Assembly: GCF_016127575.1 (NCBI RefSeq)
Contig: NZ_CP066019.1
Coordinates: forward strand, 330,001 to 362,000
Length of the DNA stretch: 32,000 nt
From: Cupriavidus necator
GTDB lineage: Bacteria; Pseudomonadota; Gammaproteobacteria; Burkholderiales; Burkholderiaceae
Reading direction: 5' to 3'
Position numbers and translations under genes: made by a program. The stretch's first letter is position 1, and each line of letters opens with the position of its first letter. The notes below the pieces were generated by a model. That model was not told where the DNA came from and did no database searches. It was given only the letters and a program-made list of their open reading frames with translations. Of this stretch, positions 1 to 8,857 are shown piece by piece.

Positions 1-1581
1 GCGGAAGGCCTGCGCCGCTTCGTCGGCCGAGGTGGCAACCACGCCGCCCGGTACGGTCACGCCGGCGCTTGCGAGCAGCGCCTTGCCGGCGGCTTCCGAC
101 AGGGCCGCACAGGCGCCTGCAGCCTTGCGCGGTGCGGTCTCGCCGAGCGCACGCCAGCTGTGGTCGAACTGCGCCTGCCATTTGCCGTACTCGATGAACC
201 GCTTCACGGCCAGCACCGCGTTGCCGACCGCGCGCATGGGCATCAGGCCGCCCTCGATCATCTTGCGCTGGCCTTCGCCGGTGCGGTCGCTCATCCAGAC
301 GGGGACGATCGGCGTGGCTTCCTCTGACTGCACGCGCACCATGCTGTCGGCCAGCATGGCGCTGGTCTTGCCGTACTCGACGGGAATCGGGACCAGCACG
401 AGGTCGGTATTCGGGTCGCCCGCCGTGGCCTTGAGCGCGGCGTAGCCGACCTCGGCATTGACCAGCACCTCGGCGGTCACGTCCACCGGGTTGTCGAACG
501 CGGCGTAGCCGGGCAGGGCGCGGGCCAGCGCTTCGAGCGTCTGCGGCGCGAACTTCGACAGCGTCAGTCCGGCGATGCCGACCATGTCGGTGCACAGCGC
601 CGCCGTGCCGCCGGAGAAGCTGTAGACGGCGAGCTGTTCCTTGCCCGTCGGCGTGGCGCGCGACAGCAGCGAGGCCACGTCGATCAGTTCATCGATGTCG
701 TCCACTTCGATGATGCCGAGCTGGCGGAATACCGCACTGTTGATCTCGGCCACGCCGGCGATGGCGGCGGTGTGCGAGGCGGCGGCCTTGGCGCCGATTT
801 CCGACTTGCCGACCTTCAGCGCGACGATGGGCTTGCCCCGTCGCGCGGAGTGCAGCGCGGCGGCCATGAAGCGCGGGCCGTTGCGCACGCCTTCCAGCGT
901 GGTGACGATGACCTTGATGTCGGGCGCATCGGCCATGTAGTGGATGTAGTCGCTGACCTCGAGGTCGGCCTCGTTGCCGCCCGAGCACCACAGGCCGATG
1001 CCGACGCCGCGGTCCATCGACTGGATGAACGAGCGGCCCAGCCCGCCGCCCTGCGTGGCCACGCCGATGGGGCCCGGCCTGGCATTGTCGATGCGCCAGG
1101 CCGGCGAGAACGTCATGCCGAGGCGCGCGTTCATATTGTTCAGGCCGGGGCAGTTCGGGCCATAGATGCGCATGCCGGTCTTCGCGACGATGGCGCGCAT
1201 CTCGGCCTCGGCGGCGCGGCCTTCCTCGCCGGTCTCGCCGAAGCCGGAAGTGAAGACGATGGCGAACTTCACGCCGCACTCGCCGCATTCGCGCAGCGCG
1301 TCGAGCACCATGTCAGCGCGCACGGCCACGATGGCCAGGTCGGGCACGGCGTCAAGGTCGCGCACCGAGGGGTAGCACGGGCGGCCAGAGATTTCCTTGC
1401 GGCCCGGATTGACGAGGTACAGTTCGCCCTGGAATTGCGAGTAGACCGTCAGGTTCTCGAAGGTGCGGGCGCCGATGCTGTCGGGCTTCTCGGAAGCGCC
1501 CACCAGCACGATCGAGCGCGGCTCGACCAGGCGGGTGAGGTCGCTGAACCAGAGGCCGTTGGCTTCCGGTGTTGTCGTCAT
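1..1581 (-). CDS. NDP(ADP)-forming acyl-CoA synthetase (acetate--CoA ligase family), N-terminal 527 codons; C-terminus lies beyond the window start
   Basis: Absent from the ORF track because no stop is reached inside the window. My reverse-strand translation from ATG 1581..1579 is open to base 1. It reads MTTTPEANGLWFSDLTRLVEPRSIVLVGASEKPDSIGARTFENL..., with FTSGFGETGEEG, IYGPNCPGL and the phospho-His motif AAASHTAAIAGV. It is a paralog of 12619..14775. Its ATG overlaps the TGA of the upstream MaoC gene (ATGA). Confidence 0.85.
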   Translation of the reverse strand, partial: MTTTPEANGLWFSDLTRLVEPRSIVLVGASEKPDSIGARTFENLTVYSQFQGELYLVNPGRKEISGRPCYPSVRDLDAVPDLAIVAVRADMVLDALRECGECGVKFAIVFTSGFGETGEEGRAAEAEMRAIVAKTGMRIYGPNCPGLNNMNARLGMTFSPAWRIDNARPGPIGVATQGGGLGRSFIQSMDRGVGIGLWCSGGNEADLEVSDYIHYMADAPDIKVIVTTLEGVRNGPRFMAAALHSARRGKPIVALKVGKSEIGAKAAASHTAAIAGVAEINSAVFRQLGIIEVDDIDELIDVASLLSRATPTGKEQLAVYSFSGGTAALCTDMVGIAGLTLSKFAPQTLEALARALPGYAAFDNPVDVTAEVLVNAEVGYAALKATAGDPNTDLVLVPIPVEYGKTSAMLADSMVRVQSEEATPIVPVWMSDRTGEGQRKMIEGGLMPMRAVGNAVLAVKRFIEYGKWQAQFDHSWRALGETAPRKAAGACAALSEAAGKALLASAGVTVPGGVVATSADEAAQAFR

Positions 1582-2078
1582 TGCGCTTCTCCGGGCGTGC
1601 GGCGCTTGAACAGGCAGGTGGCGGCCATCTCGGCCACGACTTCGCCGCGCTGGTTCACGGCCTTGCGCAGGAAACTGATGACACCGCGCTCCGGACGGCT
1701 GGTCGGCTTCTGTTCGGTGACTTCGATGTCCACGCGGATGGTGTCGCCGATGAAGGTCGGCTTGGGGAACTTCAGGCGGTTTTCCAGCACGCTGAACAGC
1801 GAGCCCTCGAAGAACTGGTTCGGGATCGAGCGCGAGGTCAGGCCGGCCATGAACGCGGCGACCAGCATGCCGTGGGCGATGCGCTGGCCGAAGATGGTGC
1901 CCTTGGCGTACTCGGCATCGACGTGGACTTTGTTGAAGTCGCCGGTCAGGGCGGCGAAGGCTGCCACGTCGGCCTCGGTGATGGTACGCGACGAGGTGCT
2001 GTAGGTCATGCCCGGGGTCAGGTCTTCCCAGTAGAGCGTGGTGTTGGCGACCTGGTCGAGGATGGCGGGTTGGGTCAT
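1578..2078 (-). CDS. MaoC-like (R)-specific enoyl-CoA hydratase / hot-dog fold dehydratase
   Basis: 166 aa ORF with ITEADVAAFAALTGDFNKVHVDAEYAK...GQRIAHGML, typical of the MaoC dehydratase hot-dog fold. SD GGAGA lies upstream of ATG 2078. Confidence 0.88.
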   Translation of the reverse strand: MTQPAILDQVANTTLYWEDLTPGMTYSTSSRTITEADVAAFAALTGDFNKVHVDAEYAKGTIFGQRIAHGMLVAAFMAGLTSRSIPNQFFEGSLFSVLENRLKFPKPTFIGDTIRVDIEVTEQKPTSRPERGVISFLRKAVNQRGEVVAEMAATCLFKRRTPGEAQ

Positions 2079-2105
2079 GGTGGATGTCTCCGGGTATCTT
2101 GTGGT

Positions 2106-3272
2106 TCAGGTCAGGGCGCTCACGCCCAGGATCTCGCGGCCGATGATCAGCGTCTGGATCTCGGTCGTGCCTTCGGGAATCATTCCGCCGCGCGTGTCGC
2201 GGAAGATGCGCTCGATCGGGTAGTCGGTCGCGTAGCCGATGCCGCCATGCACCTGCAGGCCGAGGTTGGCCACCTCGAATGCCGCCTCGGTCGCGTACAG
2301 CTTGGCGATCGAGCATTCCGTGCGCGCGGTGCCGTTCTGCATCGCACGCGCGGCGCGGTAGCCGAGCGAGCGCGCGGCCTGCACGCGCATCGTCATGTCG
2401 ACGATATGCTTCTGCACGAGCTGGAACGAGCCGATCTGGCGGCCGAACTGCTTGCGCTGCAGCGCGTAGTCGATGCTGAGGTCAAGCGCGCACTGCGCCG
2501 CGCCCACCGCGCCCATCGCCACATTGAGGCGGCCGAAGTTCAGGCCGATCAGGATCTGGCGCAGGCCCTGGCCTTCCGTGCCGATCAGGTTGGCCGCGGG
2601 GACCTCGGCGTTCTCGAACGTGAAAGCGGCGGTGCCAGTACTGCGCGTGAACACCACGTCGACCGGTGTGGCGTCGTACTTCGTCACATCGCGCTCGACC
2701 AGGAACAGCGACAGCTCGCCGTTGCAGGTCTCGCTGTAGGTGCGGGCCACCACGATGCCGAAGTCGGCGAACATGCCGTTGGTGATCCACAGCTTGCTGC
2801 CGTTGAGCACGTAGGTGTCGCCGCGCTTGTCGGCGCGGGTCTTGACCTCGGCCACGTTGGAGCCCACGTCCGGTTCGGAGATCGACACGAAGGGCTTGCG
2901 CTCGTTGCGCAGCAGCGGGCGCACGAAGCGCGCCTTCTGGTCCTCGGTGCCGTAGGCGTTGATGATGCCGGAGACGATGTTCAGGCCGTTGAGCAGGATG
3001 CGCAGCGACAGCCAGCAGTAGCCGGCTTCTTCCATCATCACCGCCCAGGTCGGGTAGTCCAGGCCCATGCCGCCGTCGGCTTCGGGCAGGATGCCGCCGA
3101 AATAGCCGAAGTCGATCAGGCCGGTCATGGCCTCGTGCGGGAACTGCTTGTCGCGCTCGGCCTGCGGGATGCGCGGCGCGATATGTTCCTTCAGGTAGCG
3201 GCGGATATTGTCGCGCAGCAGTTGCTGGCTGGCATCCAGGCCATCGACGTCGACACTCGCTTGATCAGCCAT
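2106..3272 (-). CDS. acyl-CoA dehydrogenase (canonical homomeric type)
   Basis: 388 aa with ISEPDVGSN, LWITNG and the C-terminal IPEGTTEIQTLIIGREILG motif, where a Glu occupies the usual catalytic-base position. SD GGAGG precedes ATG 3272. It overlaps the upstream SDR stop by 8 nt. Confidence 0.92.
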   Translation of the reverse strand: MADQASVDVDGLDASQQLLRDNIRRYLKEHIAPRIPQAERDKQFPHEAMTGLIDFGYFGGILPEADGGMGLDYPTWAVMMEEAGYCWLSLRILLNGLNIVSGIINAYGTEDQKARFVRPLLRNERKPFVSISEPDVGSNVAEVKTRADKRGDTYVLNGSKLWITNGMFADFGIVVARTYSETCNGELSLFLVERDVTKYDATPVDVVFTRSTGTAAFTFENAEVPAANLIGTEGQGLRQILIGLNFGRLNVAMGAVGAAQCALDLSIDYALQRKQFGRQIGSFQLVQKHIVDMTMRVQAARSLGYRAARAMQNGTARTECSIAKLYATEAAFEVANLGLQVHGGIGYATDYPIERIFRDTRGGMIPEGTTEIQTLIIGREILGVSALT

Positions 3273-4014
3273 AGCGGCCTCCGGTCACGAAAAGGGTGGT
3301 ACCCGTGATGTAGCGCGCGTGTTCGGACGCCATGAAGCACACCGCGCCGGCTATGTCGCCGGTCTGCCCCGGGAAGGAGACCGCGTTCTTCGCCATTACG
3401 TTGGCGAGGATGGTTTCGTAGTTGGGCAGGCTCTTGATGTACTCGGTCTCGATATAGCCCGGGGCGATCGCATTGACCGTCACGCCCTTGCGCGCCTGCT
3501 CCAGCGACAGCGCGCGCGTCAGGCCGATGATCCCGGCCTTGGCGGTCGAGTAGTTGGCCTGGCCGGGGTTGCCGAACAGGGCGCGCGAGCTGATGTTGAT
3601 GATGCGGCCCCAGCCGCGCTCGTGCATCGCGGGCAGCACGGCGCGGCAGCAGTGGAACGCGCCCTTCAGCGTGACGTCGAGCACGAGGTCCCAGTCAGAC
3701 TCGTCCATCTTCAGGATGGTGCGGTCCTTGACCAGGCCGGCGTTGTTCACCAGCACGTCGATGCGGCCGTAGGCCTCCAGCGCGGCGCCGGCGAGCTGCT
3801 TGACCTGTTCTACCTTGCGCACGTCGCAGGCCACGGCGATGGCCTTGCCGCCGGCGGACTCGATGGCGCGGGCGTTTTCGGCGGCTGCGTCAAGGTCGAG
3901 ATCGGTCACGACGACCGATGCGCCTTCCTTTGCCAGCATGCGTGCGGTCTCGGCGCCGATGCCGCGCGCCGAGCCGGTGATGATCGCCACACGATCGTTC
4001 AATCCAAGATCCAT
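3265..4014 (-). CDS. short-chain dehydrogenase/reductase (FabG-like 3-oxoacyl/3-hydroxyacyl reductase)
   Basis: The track ORF 3265..4206 is trimmed to the internal ATG at 4014, which is preceded by GGAGGAGA. Motifs: MDLGLNDRVAIITGSARGIGAE (TGxxxGIG), NNAG and YSTAKAG (YxxxK). Confidence 0.9.
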   Translation of the reverse strand: MDLGLNDRVAIITGSARGIGAETARMLAKEGASVVVTDLDLDAAAENARAIESAGGKAIAVACDVRKVEQVKQLAGAALEAYGRIDVLVNNAGLVKDRTILKMDESDWDLVLDVTLKGAFHCCRAVLPAMHERGWGRIINISSRALFGNPGQANYSTAKAGIIGLTRALSLEQARKGVTVNAIAPGYIETEYIKSLPNYETILANVMAKNAVSFPGQTGDIAGAVCFMASEHARYITGTTLFVTGGRYG

Positions 4015-4039
4015 GTCTCCTCCAGTTGCCAGGGGTTGC

Positions 4040-4780
4040 TCAGTGGTCGGCCTGCAGCGCCTGGCTGACTTCGCGCAGGGCCGACAGATAGGTTTCGCGA
4101 TGCTTTTCGATGCGGTCGACGGGGCCGGCCAGCGACAGGCCGACCGGCTGGCCGCCGAGCCGCAGCGATACGGCCAGCGCGGTGACGCCGGGGGTGCCTT
4201 CGTCATGGGCTTCGTACCAGCCCAGTTCGCGGCCGCGGCGCAGCTGCTCCAGCAGCCGGTCCACGTCCACCACGGTGTGCGGGGTGACGGCGGGACGGCG
4301 AATCGCGTTCAGACGCAAGCGGGCCTCGTCCTCGGGCAGCATGCCCAGCATCGCCTTGCCCAGCCCCGAGGCGTGCAGCGCCACGCGCTGACCCACGTCG
4401 AGGATGTAGCGCAGCGGCAGCCGGCTTGCGGCGGCGGCGGCCACCTTGACGGCAGTCGGCTCCAGCACGCCGAAGAAGGCGCTTTCATTGGTGCGCTCGG
4501 CGAGCTGCTCGACGGCTTCCTGCGCCACGCGGGTCAGCGGATCGCTTTCGGCAATGCGGCGCGCGGTCTCCAGCAGGCGGCCGGTCGGGTAGAAGCGCCG
4601 CGTGCGCGAGGTGCGCATCAGGTAGCCGAGGGAATGCAGCGTGTGCAGCAGGTCGGAACAGCTGCTGTCCGCCACGGAAAGCAGGCGCGCCACGTCGGAG
4701 TTCGACAGGTCGCGCTGTTCGCGGGCGAAGACTTCGAATACGGCCATGGTGCGGCTCGCGGCAGGAATCAAGGTGGGCAA
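4040..4780 (-). CDS. IclR-family transcriptional regulator
   Basis: 246 aa with an N-terminal wHTH (AVFEVFAREQRDLSNSDVARLLSVADSSCSDLLHTLHSLGYL) and an IclR effector domain (GLGKAMLG...GVTALAVSL). TTG start at 4780 with GGAG 6 nt upstream; ATG at 4747 is an alternative. Confidence 0.88.
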   Translation of the reverse strand: MPTLIPAASRTMAVFEVFAREQRDLSNSDVARLLSVADSSCSDLLHTLHSLGYLMRTSRTRRFYPTGRLLETARRIAESDPLTRVAQEAVEQLAERTNESAFFGVLEPTAVKVAAAAASRLPLRYILDVGQRVALHASGLGKAMLGMLPEDEARLRLNAIRRPAVTPHTVVDVDRLLEQLRRGRELGWYEAHDEGTPGVTALAVSLRLGGQPVGLSLAGPVDRIEKHRETYLSALREVSQALQADH

Positions 4781-4826
4781 TTTAGGCTCCGCCGATCTGA
4801 GTTGTGTACGGAGTGTGGGATTAATG

Positions 4827-4840
4827 TACGACAGATCGTA
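4827..4840. promoter_or_regulatory. candidate operator palindrome 1, TACGA-CAGA-TCGTA
   Basis: Perfect 5+5 inverted repeat read directly from the sequence. It sits in the AT-rich iclR/bug divergent spacer. On the minus strand it lies between a perfect TTGACA (4853..4848) and TACATT (4828..4823), separated by a 19-nt spacer. Confidence 0.45.
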
Positions 4841-4878
4841 TATGGGATGTCAAGATAATTCGAGGATTCGGTATTTCG

Positions 4879-4892
4879 TACGAAATGTCGTA
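4879..4892. promoter_or_regulatory. candidate operator palindrome 2, TACGA-AATG-TCGTA
   Basis: Same half-sites as palindrome 1, located 52 bp away. It overlaps a second perfect palindrome, TTCGTACGAA (4875..4884). Confidence 0.45.
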
Positions 4893-5093
4893 TTTATCCG
4901 GAATCCCGCGTCCCGGCTGCGTCTCCGGCTATCTCTCGGTTCATCTAGGGGTTTTCCTATATATGGAAGATATATCCGGTATGCCGTAGAATAAATTTCG
5001 ATGAACGGGAGCAATCTACGAGATGTCGAAAATGCTGGTGCCGGGAAACTGCGGTTGCGGTCCCCGCCCACGCTGCCGCAAGGAGACGAGGGA

Positions 5094-6116
5094 ATGACCA
5101 GAAGGGCTATCAGGAACCGGTTTGCCGGGATGGCAAGAACGATGGGCGCCGCGATCGTGGCCGGGGCGCTGATTGCCCTGATGCCGTTGGCGCCGGCACG
5201 GGCAGCGACTGGTGAGGGCTATCCCGCCAAGCCGGTGACCCTGGTCGTGCCGGGGCCGCCCGGTGGCATTACGGACCAGCTCGCGCGCCTCGTCGCGGCC
5301 CGCATGGGGCGCGATTTCGGCGTGCAGGTCGTGGTGGACAACCGGCCCGGGGCCGGCGGCAATATTGCGGCGGAGCTTGGCGCGCGCGCGCAGCCGGACG
5401 GCTACACCGTGCTGATGGGCACGCAGGGCATGATGGTGAGCAACCAGTTCCTCTACAAGTCGCTGCGCTTCGATCCGTCGAAGGACTTCGTTCCCGCCCA
5501 GGGACTTGCGTCCATCCCCAACGTGCTGGTGGTGAGCAGCCGGCTGCCGTTCCGTTCCGTCAGGGAGCTGGTGGACTACGCCCGGGCGAATCCCGGCAAG
5601 CTGACGGTCGCGTCCGCCGGCAACGGGACCGGCACCCATCTGGTGGCCGAACTGTTCCAGACCGAGGCCGGCATCCGGCTCGTCCACATCCCCTACAAGG
5701 GCAGCGCGCCGGTCATCACCGACCTGCTGGCGGGACAGGTCGACCTGGCCTTCGACTACCCCGTCTCGACGCTTGCGCAGATCGAAGCCGGCAAGCTGCG
5801 TGCGCTGGCGGTGACCGGCGCGGCGCGCCTGCCCGCGCTGCCGCAGGTGCCGACCACCGCGGAGTCGGGTTTCCCGGGCGTCGAATCGACGTCGTGGATC
5901 GGCCTGTTCTTTCCGGCCCGGACCAGCCCGGCCATCGTGGCGAAGTGGCAGGCCGACATCGGCCGCCTGCTGGCCGATCCCGCGGTCATTGCCGAGATCC
6001 GCAAGATGGGCGGCGTCCCGCTCGCGCTCGGCGGCGCGCGGCTCGGCAGCTTCGTGGAGTCGGAGCGCGGCAAGTGGAAGGCGGTCATCCAGCGTTCCGG
6101 CGCGAGCATCGACTGA
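5094..6116 (+). CDS. Bug-family (TctC-like) tripartite tricarboxylate transporter periplasmic substrate-binding protein
   Basis: The track ORF 5001..6116 is trimmed to ATG 5094, which has AGGAGA upstream. It has a signal peptide (...ALIALMPLAPARA) followed by YPAKPVTLVVPGPPGG...DNRPGAGG...IPYKG, the hallmark Bug layout. Confidence 0.9.
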   Translation: MTRRAIRNRFAGMARTMGAAIVAGALIALMPLAPARAATGEGYPAKPVTLVVPGPPGGITDQLARLVAARMGRDFGVQVVVDNRPGAGGNIAAELGARAQPDGYTVLMGTQGMMVSNQFLYKSLRFDPSKDFVPAQGLASIPNVLVVSSRLPFRSVRELVDYARANPGKLTVASAGNGTGTHLVAELFQTEAGIRLVHIPYKGSAPVITDLLAGQVDLAFDYPVSTLAQIEAGKLRALAVTGAARLPALPQVPTTAESGFPGVESTSWIGLFFPARTSPAIVAKWQADIGRLLADPAVIAEIRKMGGVPLALGGARLGSFVESERGKWKAVIQRSGASID

Positions 6117-6208
6117 ATACCGCCCCATGCCGGCTCGCCGAGCGCGGATCGCGGCGGCGGCAGGCGCGGGGCATTTCAACACCTACCCAACATCGACCAA
6201 GAGCAGAC

Positions 6209-7183
6209 ATGAAGACACGTCTTACTGAATTACTGGGCATCCGATACCCGATCGTGAAGGGCGGCATGCAATGGATCGGCCGCGCCCCGCTGGCCGCGGC
6301 CGTGTCGAACGCCGGCGCACTCGGCATGGTCACGGCGCGCACGCAGCCCGATCCGGACGAGCTGAGGCGCGAGATCGACCGCACGCGCGCACTCACCGAC
6401 CAGCCGTTCGGCGTGAACCTCACGCTGTCGTTCGCGGCACAGGGCGTGGTCTACGACGACTGGGTCGCCGCGATCGTCGCCAGCGGCGTGAAGATCGTCG
6501 AGACCGCGGGCAACAACCCGCGCCCCGTGATCGAGGCCTTCAAGTCGGCGGGCATCACCGTCATCCACAAGTGCACCTCGGTGCGCCACGCGCGGGCGGC
6601 CGAGCGCCTGGGCGTGGACGTGATCTCCATCGACAGCTTCGAGGCGGCCGGACATATCGGCGACGGCGACGTGGGCAGCATGGTGATGATTCCGGCCACG
6701 GTGCAGGCCGTGAACATCCCGGTGATCGCCTCCGGCGGCATCTGGGGGGGCCGCGCCATGGCCGCCGCGCTCGCGCTGGGTGCCGAAGGCGTGAACGTCG
6801 GCACGCGGTTCACGCTGACCCAGGAATGCGAGATCCACGAGAACGTCAAGCAGATGCTGCTCCAGGGCACCGAACTCGACACGAGCCTGATCAAGCGGAC
6901 GCTCGGCCATACCGCGCGCTACTTCCGCAACCCGGTGGCCGATGAAGTCCGCTCGATGGAGTATCGGCCCGGCGGCGCTACCTACGAGGATCTTGCCCAT
7001 CTGCTGGCCGGTCCGCGCGGCCGCAAGGCACTGGAGTCCGGCGATGTGCATGCGGGCCTGGTCTGCGCCAGCCAGGCCGTTGCGCTGATCGACGACATTC
7101 CGACCTGCGACGAACTGGTGTCGCGCATGGTGGCCGAGTGCCGCAGCGCGTTGCAGGCATCGCTCAACCGCTTTGACGCCTGA
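6209..7183 (+). CDS. NMO-family FMN-dependent oxidoreductase (nitronate monooxygenase / FabK-like enoyl reductase family)
   Basis: The track ORF 5894..7183 is trimmed to ATG 6209 because the upstream part overlaps the bug gene. Motifs: MKTRLTELLGIRYPIVKGGMQW, FEAAGH, VIASGGI and GTRF. Confidence 0.85.
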   Translation: MKTRLTELLGIRYPIVKGGMQWIGRAPLAAAVSNAGALGMVTARTQPDPDELRREIDRTRALTDQPFGVNLTLSFAAQGVVYDDWVAAIVASGVKIVETAGNNPRPVIEAFKSAGITVIHKCTSVRHARAAERLGVDVISIDSFEAAGHIGDGDVGSMVMIPATVQAVNIPVIASGGIWGGRAMAAALALGAEGVNVGTRFTLTQECEIHENVKQMLLQGTELDTSLIKRTLGHTARYFRNPVADEVRSMEYRPGGATYEDLAHLLAGPRGRKALESGDVHAGLVCASQAVALIDDIPTCDELVSRMVAECRSALQASLNRFDA

Positions 7184-7196
7184 GGAGGATCACGAG

Positions 7197-8027
7197 ATGC
7201 AGGAAGACATCATCACGCTGCGCGAAGCGCGCCTGGAAATCCGCGACGGCATCGCCGAGTTCACGCATACCCAGGCCAAACGGCGCAATCCGCTCTCGCT
7301 CGAACTGCGCGAGGACTACACCGACATGCTGGATCGCGTGGAGGGCAACCCCGACGTGCGCGCGCTGATCATCACCGGCGAGGGCGGGGTATTCAGCGCC
7401 GGCGGCGACCTGCGGGGCATGAAGGCGCGTATCGACAACCCGGATGCTGCGCAGCACACGCCCGACGCCACGCGCCGCCGCGTGCTCGTGCTGCACGACT
7501 GGGTCAGCCGGCTGCGCAGCCTGGAGATACCCGTCATCGCCGCCGTGGACGGTCCCGCGGTGGGCGCGGGCATGGGGCTGGCCCTGATTGCCGACTTTGT
7601 GCTGGCGTCGTCGCGCGCATTCTTCGGCATGTCGTTCGCCAAGGTAGGCATGATCCCCGATATGGCCGCCGCCTATTTCCTGCCGCGCGTGGTCGGCATG
7701 GCCGCCGCCAAGGACCTGATGATGACGGCGCGCCGCGTCAGCGCCGAGGAAGCCAAAGACCTCGGCATCGTGTATTCCATCTTCCCGCACGAGACGCTTG
7801 CGGAGCAGGCACGCCGGTTTGCCCGGCGCTTCGTCGACGGCCCGCCCGAGGCGCTCGGCATGACCAAGCGCATGCTCAACAGCGCTTTCGAGACGACCTA
7901 CGCCACGTTCGTCGAGCTCGAAGCCGCCGCGCAGGCCGTGGTCACCACCACGCCGTTCCACCGGGAGGCCGTGCAACGCTTCGTCGATGGCCAGCCCGGG
8001 CGTTATGACTGGGATCGCCAGGCGTGA
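7197..8027 (+). CDS. enoyl-CoA hydratase/isomerase (crotonase) family protein
   Basis: ATG 7197 follows GAGGAGGA; the track used an upstream TTG at 7173. Motifs: RNPLS, ITGEGGVFSAGGDL and VIAAVDGPAVGAG. Confidence 0.9.
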   Translation: MQEDIITLREARLEIRDGIAEFTHTQAKRRNPLSLELREDYTDMLDRVEGNPDVRALIITGEGGVFSAGGDLRGMKARIDNPDAAQHTPDATRRRVLVLHDWVSRLRSLEIPVIAAVDGPAVGAGMGLALIADFVLASSRAFFGMSFAKVGMIPDMAAAYFLPRVVGMAAAKDLMMTARRVSAEEAKDLGIVYSIFPHETLAEQARRFARRFVDGPPEALGMTKRMLNSAFETTYATFVELEAAAQAVVTTTPFHREAVQRFVDGQPGRYDWDRQA

Positions 8028-8078
8028 GCCACCGGCATAGGTCCGTTTAGAGACGAGCCGTCAAGAAGGGGGGAAAGC

Positions 8079-8108
8079 AAAGCCGCAGCCGAAAACGGCT
8101 GCGGCTTT
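8079..8108. terminator. bidirectional intrinsic terminator between convergent genes
   Basis: AAAGCCGCAGCCG-AAAA-CGGCTGCGGCTTT forms a perfect 13-bp stem with a 4-nt loop, and T-runs follow on both strands. It lies between the crotonase stop (8027) and the nitroreductase stop (8113). Confidence 0.8.
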
Positions 8109-8112
8109 CGCA

Positions 8113-8814
8113 TTACACCAGCTGCATGATTTCGTCAGCGGGCGCGCGGATCGTGCGGAAGCTGTTGGCGGGGTGATCGTGGTCGGCAAAGCCGAACGCG
8201 ATTGCGCAGACCATCTTCCGGTCCTCGCCGATGCCGAAGTGGGAACGCACGAACCTGGCGTGCCGGGCGACCGCTCCCTGGGCGGTCGTCGCCACGCCAT
8301 GCGCATGGGCGGCAAGCAGGAACGACGCAATGAAACCGCCGCAGTCCATCGCCGCGTAGTGCCCGAGGTCTGCGGGCATCGTGACGATCGCAACGTGCGG
8401 TGCCCCGAACAGCCTGAAGTTCTCGAACATCTGGCTGTCGCGGCGCTCGTGGTCGTGGCGCTCGATGCCGAGCGCCTGGTAGAGCCGATGACCCGTCTCC
8501 CGCCTGCGTTCCGCGTGGACGCCGAGATAGGCCTCGGGAAACGGCAGGTCGGCGTCGCCCTGCGGAACTTTCCTGGCCTGCGCCATCAGCGCGCTGCGGA
8601 ACTTCTCGGTCGTATCGGACGTGCCGATGACCACGTGCCAGGGCTGCGTGTTGCACCACGATGCGCTCTTCCTGGCGAGCCCGACGATACTGCGGATCTC
8701 GTCGTCCGGCACCGGTGTCCTCCGGTACGCCCGGCAGGTGAAGCGGTCGGACATCAACCTGCGCAGGACATCGATGTCGCCGGCGCATTGTTCGCGGGGC
8801 GGGTGCTGTGGCAT
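8113..8814 (-). CDS. nitroreductase-family FMN oxidoreductase
   Basis: 233 aa with RFTCRAYRRTPVPDDEIRSIVGLARKSASWCNTQPWHVVI and the rest of a nitroreductase fold. AGGAGA precedes ATG 8814. Confidence 0.85.
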   Translation of the reverse strand: MPQHPPREQCAGDIDVLRRLMSDRFTCRAYRRTPVPDDEIRSIVGLARKSASWCNTQPWHVVIGTSDTTEKFRSALMAQARKVPQGDADLPFPEAYLGVHAERRRETGHRLYQALGIERHDHERRDSQMFENFRLFGAPHVAIVTMPADLGHYAAMDCGGFIASFLLAAHAHGVATTAQGAVARHARFVRSHFGIGEDRKMVCAIAFGFADHDHPANSFRTIRAPADEIMQLV

Positions 8815-8857
8815 TGCCTGTCTCCTTTGATCTGATGATGCGACACGCCGCCCGGGA

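Noticed and set aside
4964-4992. TAGAAT (4987..4992) as the -10 of the bug-NMO-crotonase promoter.
   Set aside because: It is a good -10-like hexamer, but the best -35 candidate at 17-nt spacing is TGGAAG, only 3 of 6 matches. It is plausible but not supportable without transcript mapping.
6117-6208. Possible hairpin or attenuator between bug and the NMO gene (CGCCCC ... GGGGC).
   Set aside because: Only about 5 bp can pair across a ~40-nt loop and there is no T-tract. This is not distinguishable from chance in GC-rich DNA.
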